Origin: Harriotta raleighana
Taxonomy: Eukaryota
Assembly: GCA_050575255.1 (NCBI GenBank)
Contig: JBNZDD010013687.1
Span: 78,555-142,554, forward strand
Direction of reading: 5' to 3'
DNA: 64,000 nt
Shown here: piece by piece, positions 10,889-25,938 of the stretch
Numbering within the stretch: the first letter of the stretch is position 1
How the letters are laid out: every line of letters starts with the position of its first letter
Translations under genes and position numbers: made by a program
Notes under the pieces: model-generated
Databases searched by the model: none
What the model saw: only the letters and a program-made list of their open reading frames with translations
What the model was told of the DNA's origin: nothing

Positions 10889-13800
10889 CAAACGAAAATT
10901 ATGTTTCTGATTACAACCATGTGTGTTGTGCTGTATATGATTTACTGCCACATGATACCAGTGAAATTCCATGAGATTAGGGTTCACTATTAAAGAAGTG
11001 TTATACTGTGAACCAGGGCATTTACTTATTTCTGATGTTACACATTTTTTCATTAATGGTGTTTTGAAAACCACATGCTTTGATGGGAATGCCAAACAAA
11101 GCAGTTATTATCCTGTTGGGAATATTTCAATGGCATTGACTGTGTTTCTCGTTCTTAACTATTCCAGCAGTGGGGCGTAGTGTAATTTGATTTATGTTGT
11201 TTGTGTTTTACTTGCCAGTTGCAAGAAGGCTCACAAAAATTGATCAGAAATAACATCAGCAGTTGGCCTGTGAATACATTTAGAGGTGTTGAGCTCCATA
11301 ACCAATAGTTCTTTTTCTTTCCTCGCCTCTCAGCTTGGTGGCACTCTCACCTATTGAGTCAGAAGATTGTGACCTCACATGTCCCATATCGGAACATGAA
11401 CTCAAAGACGAGGCTGAAGTTTTCAGCATAATATAATGGGAGTGTTGCATCGTTCGACTACCAAGCTTTATCTGAATTCTTGCAGTACAACTTCAGTGAA
11501 AGGAAAGCATTCAGACTCATGTATGTGCTTTGCCTTGCTATTGCCAATCAATTGCTCTACAGTTAAGATGGTTAAATTATTTTCGGAAGTACGTGAGAGC
11601 AAAAGCTGTATGAGTGGGTGATTTTGAGAATCGAGCAGATTATTTTAAGCAGTTTAGGAGAAACACATATTCTTCTGGCCAGTGTCCGAGATGGACGATC
11701 CAGCTTTGCAGATGACTTTAATCTGCCGCTCAATTTTCTATTTGCTATTCGTTTATAAATTCTGTATTGGGCAGACCCAGCACTTTTACCTCTCGGACTG
11801 TCTCTTTCTACACTATAAATATTGTGCAGACGTCCTGCAGTAATTCTCTTGTCAGAGCTAGTCACTCATCTACACATTGCATTCTTATCTGTGCTTTGAA
11901 ATTTCTGAGTTGATAGAACTTGTATTCACCTTTTAAAATATTCGGACTTTGTACATGGGAGTTTTCTTGATCTGCTTAAACACAGACTTAAAATTATTCA
12001 ATTTATACTACAGATTGACATTTAACTTGTGATATATTCAGCCATATTACTATACATAGTTAACTCTATGGGCCAATTTGCCAGGTTTGCTGCATGTCAT
12101 AGCTATGATGAGGCTAGATACAAAGCTTGAGGCAGTGTTGGGTGAGAAAAGTTTCAGAGGCTTGGAAGTTTGAGGGTATGGAAGTCCCAGAGTATCAGAT
12201 GAGCTTCTTGCCTTTATTGCTAGGAAGGTAACACAAAATCAAAGCGCCCATTGGAAAGGTCCTTTTGTGGCTCGCAAATTGTGAATCGTGGGATATTGTC
12301 TCGCTGTTTGTTGCCCAGCAAGAAGTTCCAATTGATCGAAATAACAGCAAAGGGTTTTGTGGTGTGGAAAAATTAATTCAGCAGAGCAGCTAATGAACAA
12401 GGAGATACAGTAGATGGCAGTCATTGCACCTCTGTCACCTAGTGTTCTCAAGGGAACCCATTTCCAAGCAGTCACATCGTACTTAGATATATCATGGTCA
12501 CTGACAATGATTCTTGTGTGACCATGTCTATATCCAAATTCACAGTCAGTACACTTCACAATAAATTCTGTGAATTGGAAGTTGAACTTTATCCTGACGT
12601 GAAAGGTGCTATATTAAAAGCAAGAATTATTATTAAAATGCCATTTTAAATGTCTTCATGTAAGAAGATTCATTCTGAACATTGTAACACTTCAACTAAT
12701 GGCTTTTGGAGGGATTCTGATAAACACCTAGTCCCATGAGTGCTCTGTGTATTCTACTCGTGTAGGGCTATATCATGGTACTGTAATACTTTTCAGGATG
12801 AAAAATGCATTTGCCATAGTTCAAGATGCTGATGGGCCTGGAGTGGAAAGAATCCCTGCCTAGGAGACTGGTCAGACTGATTGATCTGTTATCAACCATG
12901 CCTTTGTCTTACTTGGAGTAAGTCATACAAAGTTGCGTGTTACAGGAGTGATTTCTTGCTATTCAGCAGTGATTCAGTTAGGGTTCAACACAACGGAGTG
13001 AAGACAGGCATCAGTTCTTTAAACTGATGTACAAGGCCAAACTTGAGAAAGGGATTCAGTACTTTCCAGGCACTTAAATAGTTTTTTCATATCCTGTTCT
13101 CTCAACGCACCAAATGCGTAACCTGCAACATTAACACTGCCTTTTCAGCCAAGGAAGCATAACCAGCCGTGTGTCAGATCTTTTCCACCCAATTAAGTGT
13201 TAAGTGTGTTACGTGCTTCAGTATGGCTGACCTTATCAGGTGACCTATGTTCTCTACGTCAATTTGTTTTAAGCAACAGAAGGGTCTGTGACGGCGGTAA
13301 TTATTTCATCAGCCATGAGCAGCTGGTAACCAAAATCGTTGCTGTTCCTAATCACCAGCTCAGAAATGGTGTCCCAGGCATGTTATCCACCAGGCATTAG
13401 TGAGTCTGTGATAGTCCCAAGATTTGGGCGTGCCCTCAGAGTGTCGCAGTTCATTTATCTCTACTCCAGTTAATAAATTGCTCCAATTGTTAGTCAGACC
13501 TCAGAGCTCGCACCAATTCAAGTGTTGGCTATCTTGCAGAGATCTTCCTTATTTGGTTTGATGCATTGTAAACCGGCATTGACACTAAGTGCAGTGTGCA
13601 ACTGCTTCTGCACCTCCTCCAAGCATATCCATCTCATGAATCCTAAACTGTAACACTGCGGCTGTGAAAATCAAAATAAGTACTCAATGACCAAACCATA
13701 CCAGTAGCATAAAGTCTGCGTTGAGATCTGAGCGTATGCTGCTTTGTGGATTTATTGATCCATTAACATGAAGTAAATTTGCTTTGACAGGTTCTTCAGT

Positions 13801-14495
13801 ATTTCTCAAATAAGACTTCACAGCTGGAATAAAATCATTGCTGAACTATTTGGACAGCAGATTGCTGTTCACTCATGCATTACATTGAGCAATGCAATAG
13901 GCAGAGACAGCTGTAATGCTTGCACAACTGAAAGCATGTGTTTTATTTAATTTTCTGATAATCCATGAGGGCAGGCCAACTGGGTTCCTCAGTGGATTAG
14001 ACATTGCCTGGTAATTTCTGGGAGCTGGGTTTGAAACCCACCTGGCGGCTGGGATGGAAGTCCGTTTAGTTTTGCTCAAAAGGTCCAATGTGATTTAGGC
14101 AACATGGGGGAGAGGACCTACCAAGCAAAACGGGTCACCTTATATGAACAGTAAATCGTGATATGAAGTACTGTATTCCTCTTTTTGAATAACAATGGGC
14201 CTTTTGCTATTGGTATCACAGTTTACCTTTTCAAATGCCCTGGAGACTGACTGGTTCAGTGCAGTTAGAAGCGTTGCACTGACACTGTTGAAGGCAGCTG
14301 GAGGAAGGTTTTATGGTACCTAACAGAACAATTATACCAGCATTATTATTTTCCAATGATTTGTTTTCAGTTCAGTGTCTTTAAACATTGCTTGGAAACA
14401 GCAAGCTCCACACTGTTTAACTTGTATAGAGATTGTGAAACCTAACTTCTTAGGTATATGCCATAAAATTAATTGCAATTTCATTGTCTTTTTAG

Positions 14496-14553
14496 GTTGG
14501 GAGGATCAGTATCTGCATACAAGATAGTACCCGATGAAGTTGATGAAATCAAG
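14496..14553 (+). CDS. GPHN: Gephyrin G-domain coding exon (58 nt, equivalent to human coding exon 3): (L)LGGSVSAYKIVPDEVDEIK
   Basis: Acceptor ttgtctttttag|G and donor AAG|gtaact. The translation matches vertebrate gephyrin LGGTISAYKIVPDEIEEIK as I recall it. It ends in phase 0, compatible with the next exon. Confidence 0.96.
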
Positions 14554-14572
14554 GTAACTGCTTAGTTTCTAA

Positions 14573-14880
14573 TGTGCATCTCCCTCCGCTCAAACCACAC
14601 TTCCCACCCCACCATTACCGGTCGAGCATTCAGCATCTCTGCCCCCACATTCTGGAGCTCTATATGCAATCCCTTCTCCTCAACCCCTGTCTTGCCTTCT
14701 TCAAGTCCCTTTTGAAGACCTTCCCCTTCTATCGTGCCTTCGGACACCCTCCCACCCCCAACCCCCTGCCCTCCTTCCTTTCTGACCCCAACTCCCAGCT
14801 CAGGTCCAAAATCCCTGATTTTCCACTGTCTTTCTGACATGAAGCATGCTATATAAGTGGCATTTTTTTTGCTGTTGTTG
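14573..14880 (+). mobile_element. L2-like LINE 3' end fragment just downstream of the first GPHN exon in the window
   Basis: RAFS.SAP.LW.SL-like remnant (cgagcattcagcatctctgcccccacattctggagctct), ccttcttcaagtcccttttgaagacc, a C-rich tract and a (TTG)n tail. Confidence 0.7.
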
Positions 14881-15819
14881 CTTTTGACATCTTCTTAAGC
14901 ACCTGTGTCTGACATTGTGCTTGTGTTGACGTTGTGTGATACTATATGAAGCAGTCTGAATTAAAAATTAAACGGGTCATTTTCACATTTATTTCATGGT
15001 ATCCAAGGCTTATACTTAAGTCACAAAGTATGCCAATGGCAAGAGGCAGCGGAGAATTACACCAACTTCTTTTGCACTCCAAAATTGTGAATGAAAATCT
15101 CAGCGACTCCATACTGTACTGCTTTGGGTGAATTGAATAGAAGCCAATAGGGTTGTACAGATGTATAATGTAGCAGATCCATGTAATCATGCAGTTGGGT
15201 TGTTTCTCCAATTTAATGATGTATGACAGAGACAAGTAACATTACCCAATCTATGTATTAAGGCAGCAATGAAGGAAACACAGACCTGCAGCTTTGTTTT
15301 TCTGTTACAGGATATCATATGAAAGACACTATACAAGTGTAATTTTGTTGTTGTTTCATGAAATCTATGAGCATCACATTTTTTTCCCCCCAGGCAGCTG
15401 TTAGAAGAGAGGGGAGGATAACAAACAATCTCGGGGTGGAAGGGAAGGAAGGGTTCGGACAGTTACATTTTTTTTGAAAACCAAGCTGAGGGCTTTGCAA
15501 AGAAATTGATTAAATTAAAACATGAAATTATTGAGGCAGTGAATGTAGCAGATCAGAAATCAAAAGAACGAATGAGACCAACTAAGGAGCTGGAGGTAAA
15601 TTTTAAAAAATGAATAAAGAGCATTGCAGAATGTTGGAGAACCGTTATAATTTTCTAAGAACATAGTGAAAATATTGCTATTTTTGGCAGTTGCGATTAC
15701 ACCATATTATTTTTGAAGTTACTGTTTCTTATCCTCACTCAACCATTTTGGCACTGACGAGAGAAGGAACACAGTCTGTATCCAAATTAACTAACTTCTG
15801 ATATGTTGTGGATATAATA

Positions 15820-15978
15820 ATAATACAGTAATAACAATCCTTGCATTTGATGTAGCACTTTCCACGTTTTCTAGACGTCTCAAAGGGCTTCACAGAATAT
15901 GCTGTAAAGTGAATTGACTGTATATTTGTGGGTGAAATAAGGCATCCAATTGCACACAGCAGTGTCCCACAAACAGTC
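15820..15978 (-). mobile_element. SINE 3' fragment (antisense)
   Basis: Reverse-orientation copy of the recurrent family: aatccttgcatttgatgtagcactttccacg...cttcacagaatatgctgtaaagtgaattgactg...gtcccacaaacag. Confidence 0.8.
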
Positions 15979-18900
15979 TCTCCTCAGACATGGGGAGTGC
16001 ACAAATGAACATAATTCCGAACTGGAGTCGCTGATGGCGATGGCAATCTTTCTGCCTGTTCTCACAGGGTAAAAAAAGAAAAATCAGTGCAGAAAAACTG
16101 CAAAAGGATATGCAGCAAGAAAGATCATTGAAGCAATACATTGAACCTTGTTGCTATCAGCAAGAATATCAATGCGGATGGCAGAAGCTATATTATAATA
16201 TGACAAATCAGCAAGTGGAAGCAAATAAAACATTGCAACAAATGTATTGGGTAAAATGTATGCATTGGTTCGTAGATATAAAACTCTTATTTGTGTTCGG
16301 TGGCTGGATTCCCACTTCAATGAGCATTTGTGGCTTTGGACGAATCAGGCATTTTAAAAAAAAAATCTATTCCTTTCCATGACATCTTGCTTTAATTTTA
16401 CTTTCCACATTATTTATTGTAACAGTACAGCAATAACTAACCTTATCTATTGCTGAGTTTTAGAATGCCAGGACCTTGTTACCAAAAAAATAGTCTGTGG
16501 TTTTTTGTTCCGTTCTTTGAGGAGACATATTTGTTGCAGATGATTGTATTGTCACCTCTCCCCATGGATAACAGTAAACTTTAACTTGCAGCAATGAATC
16601 ACATCATCATCAACATCATCGCACCCCAGCATTACTGATTAATTTTATTCTGAAATATATGCAGTCAAACTCCTCAGCCAACCCTTTGTCCATTAATTAT
16701 GAATTATTACACCAGCTTTCTACAGTGTTTAAAGTAGTTAATGTCTCTGGGTAGTTGATCAGTGGAACAATCAATTTCTCTGATAGTCTAGAAATGTTTT
16801 TAATGCTGCTTAATCAGTTTGCTGACTAGAATGAACAGTTCTTCAATACCAGAGAATGACAATATATCATTGGATTTTATAATGGGATTCTCCTACACAT
16901 GGAAGATTGCATTTCCTATTTGAAATTCTGTATGTTTCTGCATATGTGTAAACCCAGTGCTGGGAACAGTTTAATCACTTTCCTACCTCTGCGACCTCCT
17001 AACCCCCCACCACCAACCTGTCTTGAAGCCTGAGAACATGCTGAAGCTTTATTCTAAATGTGCTTCAGAACATGTATCTCACCCTACGTAATGCATGCAG
17101 CGGATTTTATTTGGGAATTGGGAAGATTCACCACAGTAGCTTTCCTGCTGGAGATTGTTGTTAAGGCTACCGATTGTGGCTGCTGTACTCACCATGTATT
17201 TCACGAGTGTGACATTTGGCTAGGGGATTGTATCAGCTCAAGAGGGGAAGAGTTTTAGTTTAATTCTTACTATATTAAGCCTGATAAGGCCACTAAGATT
17301 ATTTTTTCTCTTGCTTTCGTTTCTTCATCATTTAATGAGGCTCTGCAATTTCTCTATTTGCAGCTCCAAAAACATTCTTACTTCAACAATTTGTCACAGA
17401 TCTGCACAGAGGGATTATAAATATTTAATGGAAATTTTATCTTATTGACCGTCATCTGCCAATCTTTCTCCAGATTTTTCTTCTACACTCGCTTACCCCC
17501 CCTCCCCCTGCCCTTTCCCCCTGTCTTCCGTTCAGGCTTTTCACTCTTATTTTTCTATCTTCCTACTGTTCCCGGCTACATGGCCATCCTCCAGTATCTT
17601 TTTGCGTCTGAATATCAAGTGTCAGTTGGTTATTTGAACTTCAGGGCAACAGCGACAGTCTGTTCATGGGGACCTCCGCACATGTGCAGCTTCCCACGGT
17701 AGACTGGACAACATTTCCGAAGTTTATTTCCACACACAGTGCTCGAAAATCAATGATATTCCGATTATTTTTTTTTAGCCTCTGTATGAGTCGCTGAGCT
17801 TGGCAACTGCAATGAGATGTATTGATGTATGCCTTACCATGTCTTTAGAAGGAGGCAGAAATTCAAAATCGGCCACATGAAAATCCAGTCTTTCTTCAGA
17901 CACAATTTTTAATTGAATCCTTGCTTGCAGTATTTTTCAAGAAGGCAAACAAACTCTCTAGTCCGAGACAACCACTATCTCATATGAAGTGCTAGAATGT
18001 CTTGCACAGTCATCAGACTTTTGACGCCGAGCTCTGCTTTTTATTATAACTCGAAATATTTATTGGCGATATTTCTTCTTTAGCAAATTTATATATGTAA
18101 TTGTGTGTATTATTGGTATTCTGCTTTTGGCGTGACTTATTCCTATTCATTCCATTCTCCACCTCCAGTTAGATTTTAACTAGGTTTGTTTATTTAGGTT
18201 CGGTAGCTGTATAAAATATAAAGCTACATTTAAGCTTCTGAGCTATATGATAAGGTACTACTGTATATCAAATGCAAGGATTAGTATTATTATTGTTAAC
18301 TTTGGAGAATTGAGGCACTCTGATGGGTTGTCCGTTTGAACTTGGAATTCCAACTGCTACTGAAGCTTGCAGAATGGAAACCAGGGATTTTCCAGCAAGA
18401 GGAGATGGTGGGAGATTCCTGCCCACTACCTTTGCTCTCCCAGTTGATGAGTACGAAACATAATAGGCAGAGACTCATTTTCTACTGGAGATGCTGTGGT
18501 ATATAAAAAGAGGAGAAAATAGTGAGCTCCAAATACAAAGTGAGAATGATCCTTGATGGCTGCTTCATATGCACAAAACTCATCCATTTGTGAATGGTTC
18601 TACATGAGGACATATATTTGAAGCAATTTTTTCAAACCCATTGTGATGAGGACAGAATGCATTAAAATTCCCAACATTTGAAGTACATGTGAAAAAAATG
18701 AATACTTTTTCCAGTCATTTTCTCCACTCCCCTCCCCCCTCTCCCCGTGGGTGTTTTGTCTCAATTTTGCTTCTCATCAGTTACTGTTTGAGAGGTTCTT
18801 GGCAACCTCTGGCAACCGAGTGATCAGCGTTTATTTGTGAGCTTTGATATTGAATGTTGGTAGGCCATTTCGCTTCAGGGTTTCACAGCTGAGCCCTACC

Positions 18901-19083
18901 CTGCTCACACATGTCTTCCCAGTAAAGGATCTCTGATTACCAACGGGAGCAGAAAGCACAGTACAGTATGTTGATTTTTCTCTTTTCCCCCTGCCTTATC
19001 CAGACTACTGAGATCAACAGAGCCAGCCCTACAACTTCCCTTCCCGAGAGCAACTATCTCAGCACAAACCTACAATCTATATT

Positions 19084-19462
19084 AAATAATAATCCTTTCA
19101 TTTGATGTAATGTCTTACCACGTTGTTGGGATGCTTCAAAGGGCTTCACTGTATATACTGTAAAGTGGATTGATTGTATATTTTGTGGCCAAAACATGGC
19201 AGCCAATTGCACAAAGCAATGTCCCAATGCCAAGGGGTGAGTAACCAATTTTATCTGTGGGTGTATTAGCCAGGGAGAAACTCACTTCTCTTTTTGAATA
19301 GTGCCACAAGATCTTTTTAACTTCCACCTGCATCTCATGCGAAGGTTGGCACTTCTGACAAATACACCTCCAGAACTTCATTGGAGCGTCGGCTTTGACT
19401 GTGTTGCCAACTCCCAACGAGGGGCTTGAACCCACAACCTTCTGACTCAGAGTGCTTAACAT
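19084..19462 (-). mobile_element. Near full-length tRNA-derived SINE (antisense)
   Basis: The reverse complement has a tRNA-like head (ctctgagtcagaaggttgtgggttcaagcccc, B box GGTTCAAGCC), the central core and the shared 3' tail ending in (ATT)n. Confidence 0.8.
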
Positions 19463-20237
19463 TGTACCATCATTTTACCCACAAGCTCATTACGGGAGCC
19501 CAAAACGAATGCAGTTAACTGTAAATGTGAACGAAAGTATTTACGTTGCAAAAACGTATAGAAGTAAACTGAAAGCTATTTCAACTCACTGCTTCAGTTA
19601 ATCAGCCTACAGAGATATCTGTGGACTTTTACAAAGGCACTCTAGATAAATAAAGGTGCAAAGGTACATTCCCTCATGATACAGTCTCATTACTCTAATG
19701 GATATAAATTATTTAATTTTGCTGCCCAAAAGCGACCATGAAAAAGACATGCCTCCACGGTGTAAATATTGTAATGTCATCCTTTCGACTTTTTGGTTCC
19801 TGAGAAAGGCCAGATGAAATTAATTATTGTGTGAGCTGTGTTAATATTTAATATTTTATGAAATATAGATTTCATTTTTCTCCCTGGTGCAGTACCTGTG
19901 AAATCAAAAGTTGCAGCGCAGAAGGCTTTCAAATAGAATAATGTGAAATATATTGAACAAATCGTTCAATTTTCTTAGAGCTCAGGCCATAATTCTTATC
20001 AATAAATCAATGTGCTCTTCAGTTAAGAACAGTCATTCATTATAAAATGTACCTGGTGGTTCTTGTCGCTGATTGCAGTGAACTGCTGAATATGACAGGC
20101 TGGTGCAGATCATCACTGCACTTAATATCCGACCAGTGTTGTCAACTATAGGAAAATATTATGCAAATGTTTGGTAAGTCAAGCAGTATGAACAATTCCT
20201 GCATTAAACAACATTCATGCGTGTTTCAGCATGTAGT

Positions 20238-23200
20238 TCAGGGAAATCTTAGCACACACACATACCCCTTCCCCACAGAATGTTGCTTTAGACGGAAGTA
20301 TATAAGGTGGAGCATTATGTACATTGTATAAAGTATCTGGCTACATTTGTACAATGTATGTTAGTTCTTGTTTTACTGTAGAGGGTAACTTCATAGTTGG
20401 GGTAGACACTGTACACAGACCCCTTTCCCTTTACTCCAGACCAAATTGACGCTTGTTGACATTTGTTTCATAAAGTGTTGATATTGTTCACAAAGTAATG
20501 GTGGCACACCGTAAGTCAGGTAAACTGCAGAAACAGACTTGCAATGACCTTTTGGGTGAGTTTCTAACCCATTCCCAGCATTTACTTTGTTCATATCCAT
20601 CTTATATATCCACCTTAAGTGACAATGGATTGTGCTCCAGTGTCCATACATTTGCAAATGATTTCTCCCTCTTTTTCATGGCAGGTTCTCATTATTAACA
20701 AGACAGACATAAACCACAGCTGTAAACTTGGACATTCAATCAAAGATGCAAATTCTAGTCTAGATTGGGTAGAATATACTGTAATTTGTAATGAAAGTTA
20801 GAAGAGTTTAGAGGACACTTGGGGCATTCTTGTGATTTGGACAAACATTTATCTCCTTGTATGTTTCAGCCATTCCAATAGGCTGGGGTGGGGTTATACA
20901 AAGTGCTTTGTTGCAGACTACATTATACTTATTGCATACATATACTTTTAAGTATTGCCTACATATACTTTAAGACTACATTTCCCAGTTCGCTGTTGTA
21001 AGTTGTTAAAGAATGGCAGATTTCATAATTATCTGCTCCAATGTTAACAATATACTGTATTAGCTTAACATGTTATTTAACACATTTTTGTTACTTAATC
21101 TACTAAATGAGAGGATTTTTTTCAATAAAAAGGAATTCTACAGAACCAGATAAATGGTAAGACTCTCAGGCTAAGAAAATGGAATTGACAATGATTGAAA
21201 TGCTACTTGTTTTCTGATTCAGTGGATCTAGAATTGCAGAACTTAAGGATCTTATAGCAGCAGTAACTAAATCAAAAATAAGATAGAGGATTTAGTCAAT
21301 TTGGGGATTGTATTTTATTTACAGCATTGTTTTCAGAAGTTCACCTAAAGTTCACAACTTCTTTATGGGCTTTAGGTTTCTTGAGGTAAGCAAGACAGCT
21401 GAATACAGTGGAAGCCAATAATTAAGTGCTTGTCCAACAACAAATTGCACCACCATTTATTAATGCACTGTGGAAATGTTCAGTGTCATCACTCAGAACA
21501 TTTTTAACGTTGCTTGGAATTTTAATGTTCTGTTAATGAAAACACCCAAATCTCATTGGAGATTTTGTCAAAGCTCTTTTAATATCTCACCACATTTCAC
21601 GTCATGACAGAACAGAAATCCATTTCCTGTATTTTGCCGTTAATGAGATATTGATCTTGTAAGTGTAACACTGTGATTTTCTGAATTGAGTACTACTATA
21701 CAGCACTTTGCAGTGTATGGAAAATTTGAAACGAGATGATGAAGGTGATTTCATTTGCAGCTTTCCAGTGAACCTGATGGATTTCTCATGGTGTAAGATA
21801 TTCAAAAACTTCCTGTTTCATCATTCTGTGCATGAAACCCGTGCAGAGCTTCAGGTGTAGCTAATGAAGATTTGACTGCAAAGGTCTCTCCGGCACTCAG
21901 ATTGACTTCCAAATATATGACTATAAACAAAAAAAAACAAGACTCTGCATTGCAGTCTCTCAAAACAATCAAGGTACAGATCATTTGATCTTAACCCTCA
22001 AAACGTGGTCCTTTTGGCAATATTTCTATGGCTGTCAGGCACAATAATTGAGAGTTTGTATACCCTTGTCCTGCAAAGTAATCCATAAACATCTCACTTG
22101 CCTAGGTGCTCAGCAGTGGCACTATTCTCCCATTCCCTGTAAGGATCCAAGGGTGGGAAGATGAGTAAAATGTCTGACATTGGATGTTCAGGTGAATGGA
22201 TGATAAAGAGTAAGGTAGTCCATGCCTTAAATTGGTCCAATGAATGCATGTGGCCTATTCAGAAAGACTCCCTTCAACTCCCTTTGTCTCTCTCAGGGAC
22301 ACCCAGTGGTTTAAAGATAGAACAGTTCAAAACATTGCACTGTGTAGTAAATATGTTTTCATATTCCAAGGCGATATTGCCTATTCCAAATAAATATGCT
22401 GATAGTTACAGCAGCCCAACAGTTATAATACTGTTTGGTCATATGTGTTTATGGAAAACAAAACACTGGTGCATTAGGGCTTATGCTTGATGGATTAGGT
22501 TTGAGCCACCTTTCTAACGACTATTTAAAAAAGCATGACATTTAATTGTCTGATACTGTGTAACAGGATCTAGAAACAGGATCTAGTAAGAAACATAGTT
22601 TTGAGTTCAGGTTTAATTAATGGACAACTTTTTTCAGTGTCAGTTACTGTTAAAAATGTGTTATTGTGTGATAGCTGGAGTGATCTTTTTTTTGTCACCC
22701 GTATTGCTTTACTCATTCAGAGGTATTTGAGGATTAATCAAGTGTTTATTATGAAAGACTTGTAGACTGTAGCACTGAATTAAAATATCACTCATAACCA
22801 GGACAGTAATATGTTTGGGAAACCCTGAAATATTGAAATTTTAAGCATTTGAGATATCTTATACCCACAGCTAATACCAATTCCTTATGCTGTACATCTA
22901 GGATTATGCTTTGTTTTGGATTATGACTTTCTGTGAAGAACATCTTTAATGCCATTTTGCATCTTTTAAGGAATTGGGTGGGTGGGGGTGGGGGTGGAGG
23001 AAACAAAACAACAACATTCAGATGGAAGCATCTTTGATGAAGGCAAATGTTCAATGAACATCGCTTCAGTACAGAAAGGAATTATTCNTCAGGGAAATCT
23101 TAGCACACACACACACCCCATCCCCACAGAATGTTGCTTTAGACGGAAGTATATAAGGTGGAGCATTATGTACATTGTATAAAGTATCTGGCTACATTTG

Positions 23201-25938
23201 TACAATGTATGTTAGTTCTTGTTTTACTGTAGAGGGTAACTTCATAGTTGGGGTAGACACTGTACACAGACCCCTTTCCCTTTACTCCAGACCAAATTGA
23301 CGCTTGTTGACATTTGTTTCATAAAGTGTTGATATTGTTCACAAAGTAATGGTGGCACACCGTAAGTCAGGTAAACTGCAGAAACAGACTTGCAATGACC
23401 TTTTGGGTGAGTTTCTAACCCATTCCCAGCATTTACTTTGTTCATATCCATCTTATATATCCACCTTAAGTGACAATGGATTGTGCTCCAGTGTCCATAC
23501 ATTTGCAAATGATTTCTCCCTCTTTTTCATGGCAGGTTCTCATTATTAACAAGACAGACATAAACCACAGCTGTAAACTTGGACATTCAATCAAAGATGC
23601 AAATTCTAGTCTAGATTGGGTAGAATATACTGTAATTTGTAATGAAAGTTAGAAGAGTTTAGAGGACACTTGGGGCATTCTTGTGATTTGGACAAACATT
23701 TATCTCCTTGTATGTTTCAGCCATTCCAATAGGCTGGGGTGGGGTTATACAAAGTGCTTTGTTGCAGACTACATTATACTTATTGCATACATATACTTTT
23801 AAGTATTGCCTACATATACTTTAAGACTACATTTCCCAGTTCGCTGTTGTAAGTTGTTAAAGAATGGCAGATTTCATAATTATCTGCTCCAATGTTAACA
23901 ATATACTGTATTAGCTTAACATGTTATTTAACACATTTTTGTTACTTAATCTACTAAATGAGAGGATTTTTTTCAATAAAAAGGAATTCTACAGAACCAG
24001 ATAAATGGTAAGACTCTCAGGCTAAGAAAATGGAATTGACAATGATTGAAATGCTACTTGTTTTCTGATTCAGTGGATCTAGAATTGCAGAACTTAAGGA
24101 TCTTATAGCAGCAGTAACTAAATCAAAAATAAGATAGAGGATTTAGTCAATTTGGGGATTGTATTTTATTTACAGCATTGTTTTCAGAAGTTCACCTAAA
24201 GTTCACAACTTCTTTATGGGCTTTAGGTTTCTTGAGGTAAGCAAGACAGCTGAATACAGTGGAAGCCAATAATTAAGTGCTTGTCCAACAACAAATTGCA
24301 CCACCATTTATTAATGCACTGTGGAAATGTTCAGTGTCATCACTCAGAACATTTTTAACGTTGCTTGGAATTTTAATGTTCTGTTAATGAAAACACCCAA
24401 ATCTCATTGGAGATTTTGTCAAAGCTCTTTTAATATCTCACCACATTTCACGTCATGACAGAACAGAAATCCATTTCCTGTATTTTGCCGTTAATGAGAT
24501 ATTGATCTTGTAAGTGTAACACTGTGATTTTCTGAATTGAGTACTACTATACAGCACTTTGCAGTGTATGGAAAATTTGAAACGAGATGATGAAGGTGAT
24601 TTCATTTGCAGCTTTCCAGTGAACCTGATGGATTTCTCATGGTGTAAGATATTCAAAAACTTCCTGTTTCATCATTCTGTGCATGAAACCCGTGCAGAGC
24701 TTCAGGTGTAGCTAATGAAGATTTGACTGCAAAGGTCTCTCCGGCACTCAGATTGACTTCCAAATATATGACTATAAACAAAAAAAAACAAGACTCTGCA
24801 TTGCAGTCTCTCAAAACAATCAAGGTACAGATCATTTGATCTTAACCCTCAAAACGTGGTCCTTTTGGCAATATTTCTATGGCTGTCAGGCACAATAATT
24901 GAGAGTTTGTATACCCTTGTCCTGCAAAGTAATCCATAAACATCTCACTTGCCTAGGTGCTCAGCAGTGGCACTATTCTCCCATTCCCTGTAAGGATCCA
25001 AGGGTGGGAAGATGAGTAAAATGTCTGACATTGGATGTTCAGGTGAATGGATGATAAAGAGTAAGGTAGTCCATGCCTTAAATTGGTCCAATGAATGCAT
25101 GTGGCCTATTCAGAAAGACTCCCTTCAACTCCCTTTGTCTCTCTCAGGGACACCCAGTGGTTTAAAGATAGAACAGTTCAAAACATTGCACTGTGTAGTA
25201 AATATGTTTTCATATTCCAAGGCGATATTGCCTATTCCAAATAAATATGCTGATAGTTACAGCAGCCCAACAGTTATAATACTGTTTGGTCATATGTGTT
25301 TATGGAAAACAAAACACTGGTGCATTAGGGCTTATGCTTGATGGATTAGGTTTGAGCCACCTTTCTAACGACTATTTAAAAAAGCATGACATTTAATTGT
25401 CTGATACTGTGTAACAGGATCTAGAAACAGGATCTAGTAAGAAACATAGTTTTGAGTTCAGGTTTAATTAATGGACAACTTTTTTCAGTGTCAGTTACTG
25501 TTAAAAATGTGTTATTGTGTGATAGCTGGAGTGATCTTTTTTTTGTCACCCGTATTGCTTTACTCATTCAGAGGTATTTGAGGATTAATCAAGTGTTTAT
25601 TATGAAAGACTTGTAGACTGTAGCACTGAATTAAAATATCACTCATAACCAGGACAGTAATATGTTTGGGAAACCCTGAAATATTGAAATTTTAAGCATT
25701 TGAGATATCTTATACCCACAGCTAATACCAATTCCTTATGCTGTACATCTAGGATTATGCTTTGTTTTGGATTATGACTTTCTGTGAAGAACATCTTTAA
25801 TGCCATTTTGCATCTTTTAAGGAATTGGGTGGGTGGGGGTGGGGGTGGAGGAAACAAAACAACAACATTCAGATGGAAGCATCTTTGATGAAGGCAAATG
25901 TTCAATGAACATCGCTTCAGTACAGAAAGGAATTATTC
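20238..25938. repeat. 2850-bp near-identical tandem duplication (20238-23087 and 23089-25938) separated by a single N at 23088; probable assembly artefact
   Basis: The ORF track shows identical ORFs offset by exactly 2851 nt (for example 20391/23242, 22161/25012, 22788/25639). The junction is the ambiguous base. The only differences I noticed are near the start of copy 2. Confidence 0.95.

Noticed and set aside
1-14495. Gephyrin coding exons 1-2 (MATEGM...; [22 protein letters not shown]...)
   Set aside because: Not found by eye. They probably lie upstream of the window.
21221-21290. SGSRIAELKDLIAAVTK, faintly like gephyrin exon 2 (SGINLKDLV); repeated at +2851
   Set aside because: It is in the wrong order relative to exon 3, has no suitable splice donor and is similar only over LKDL.
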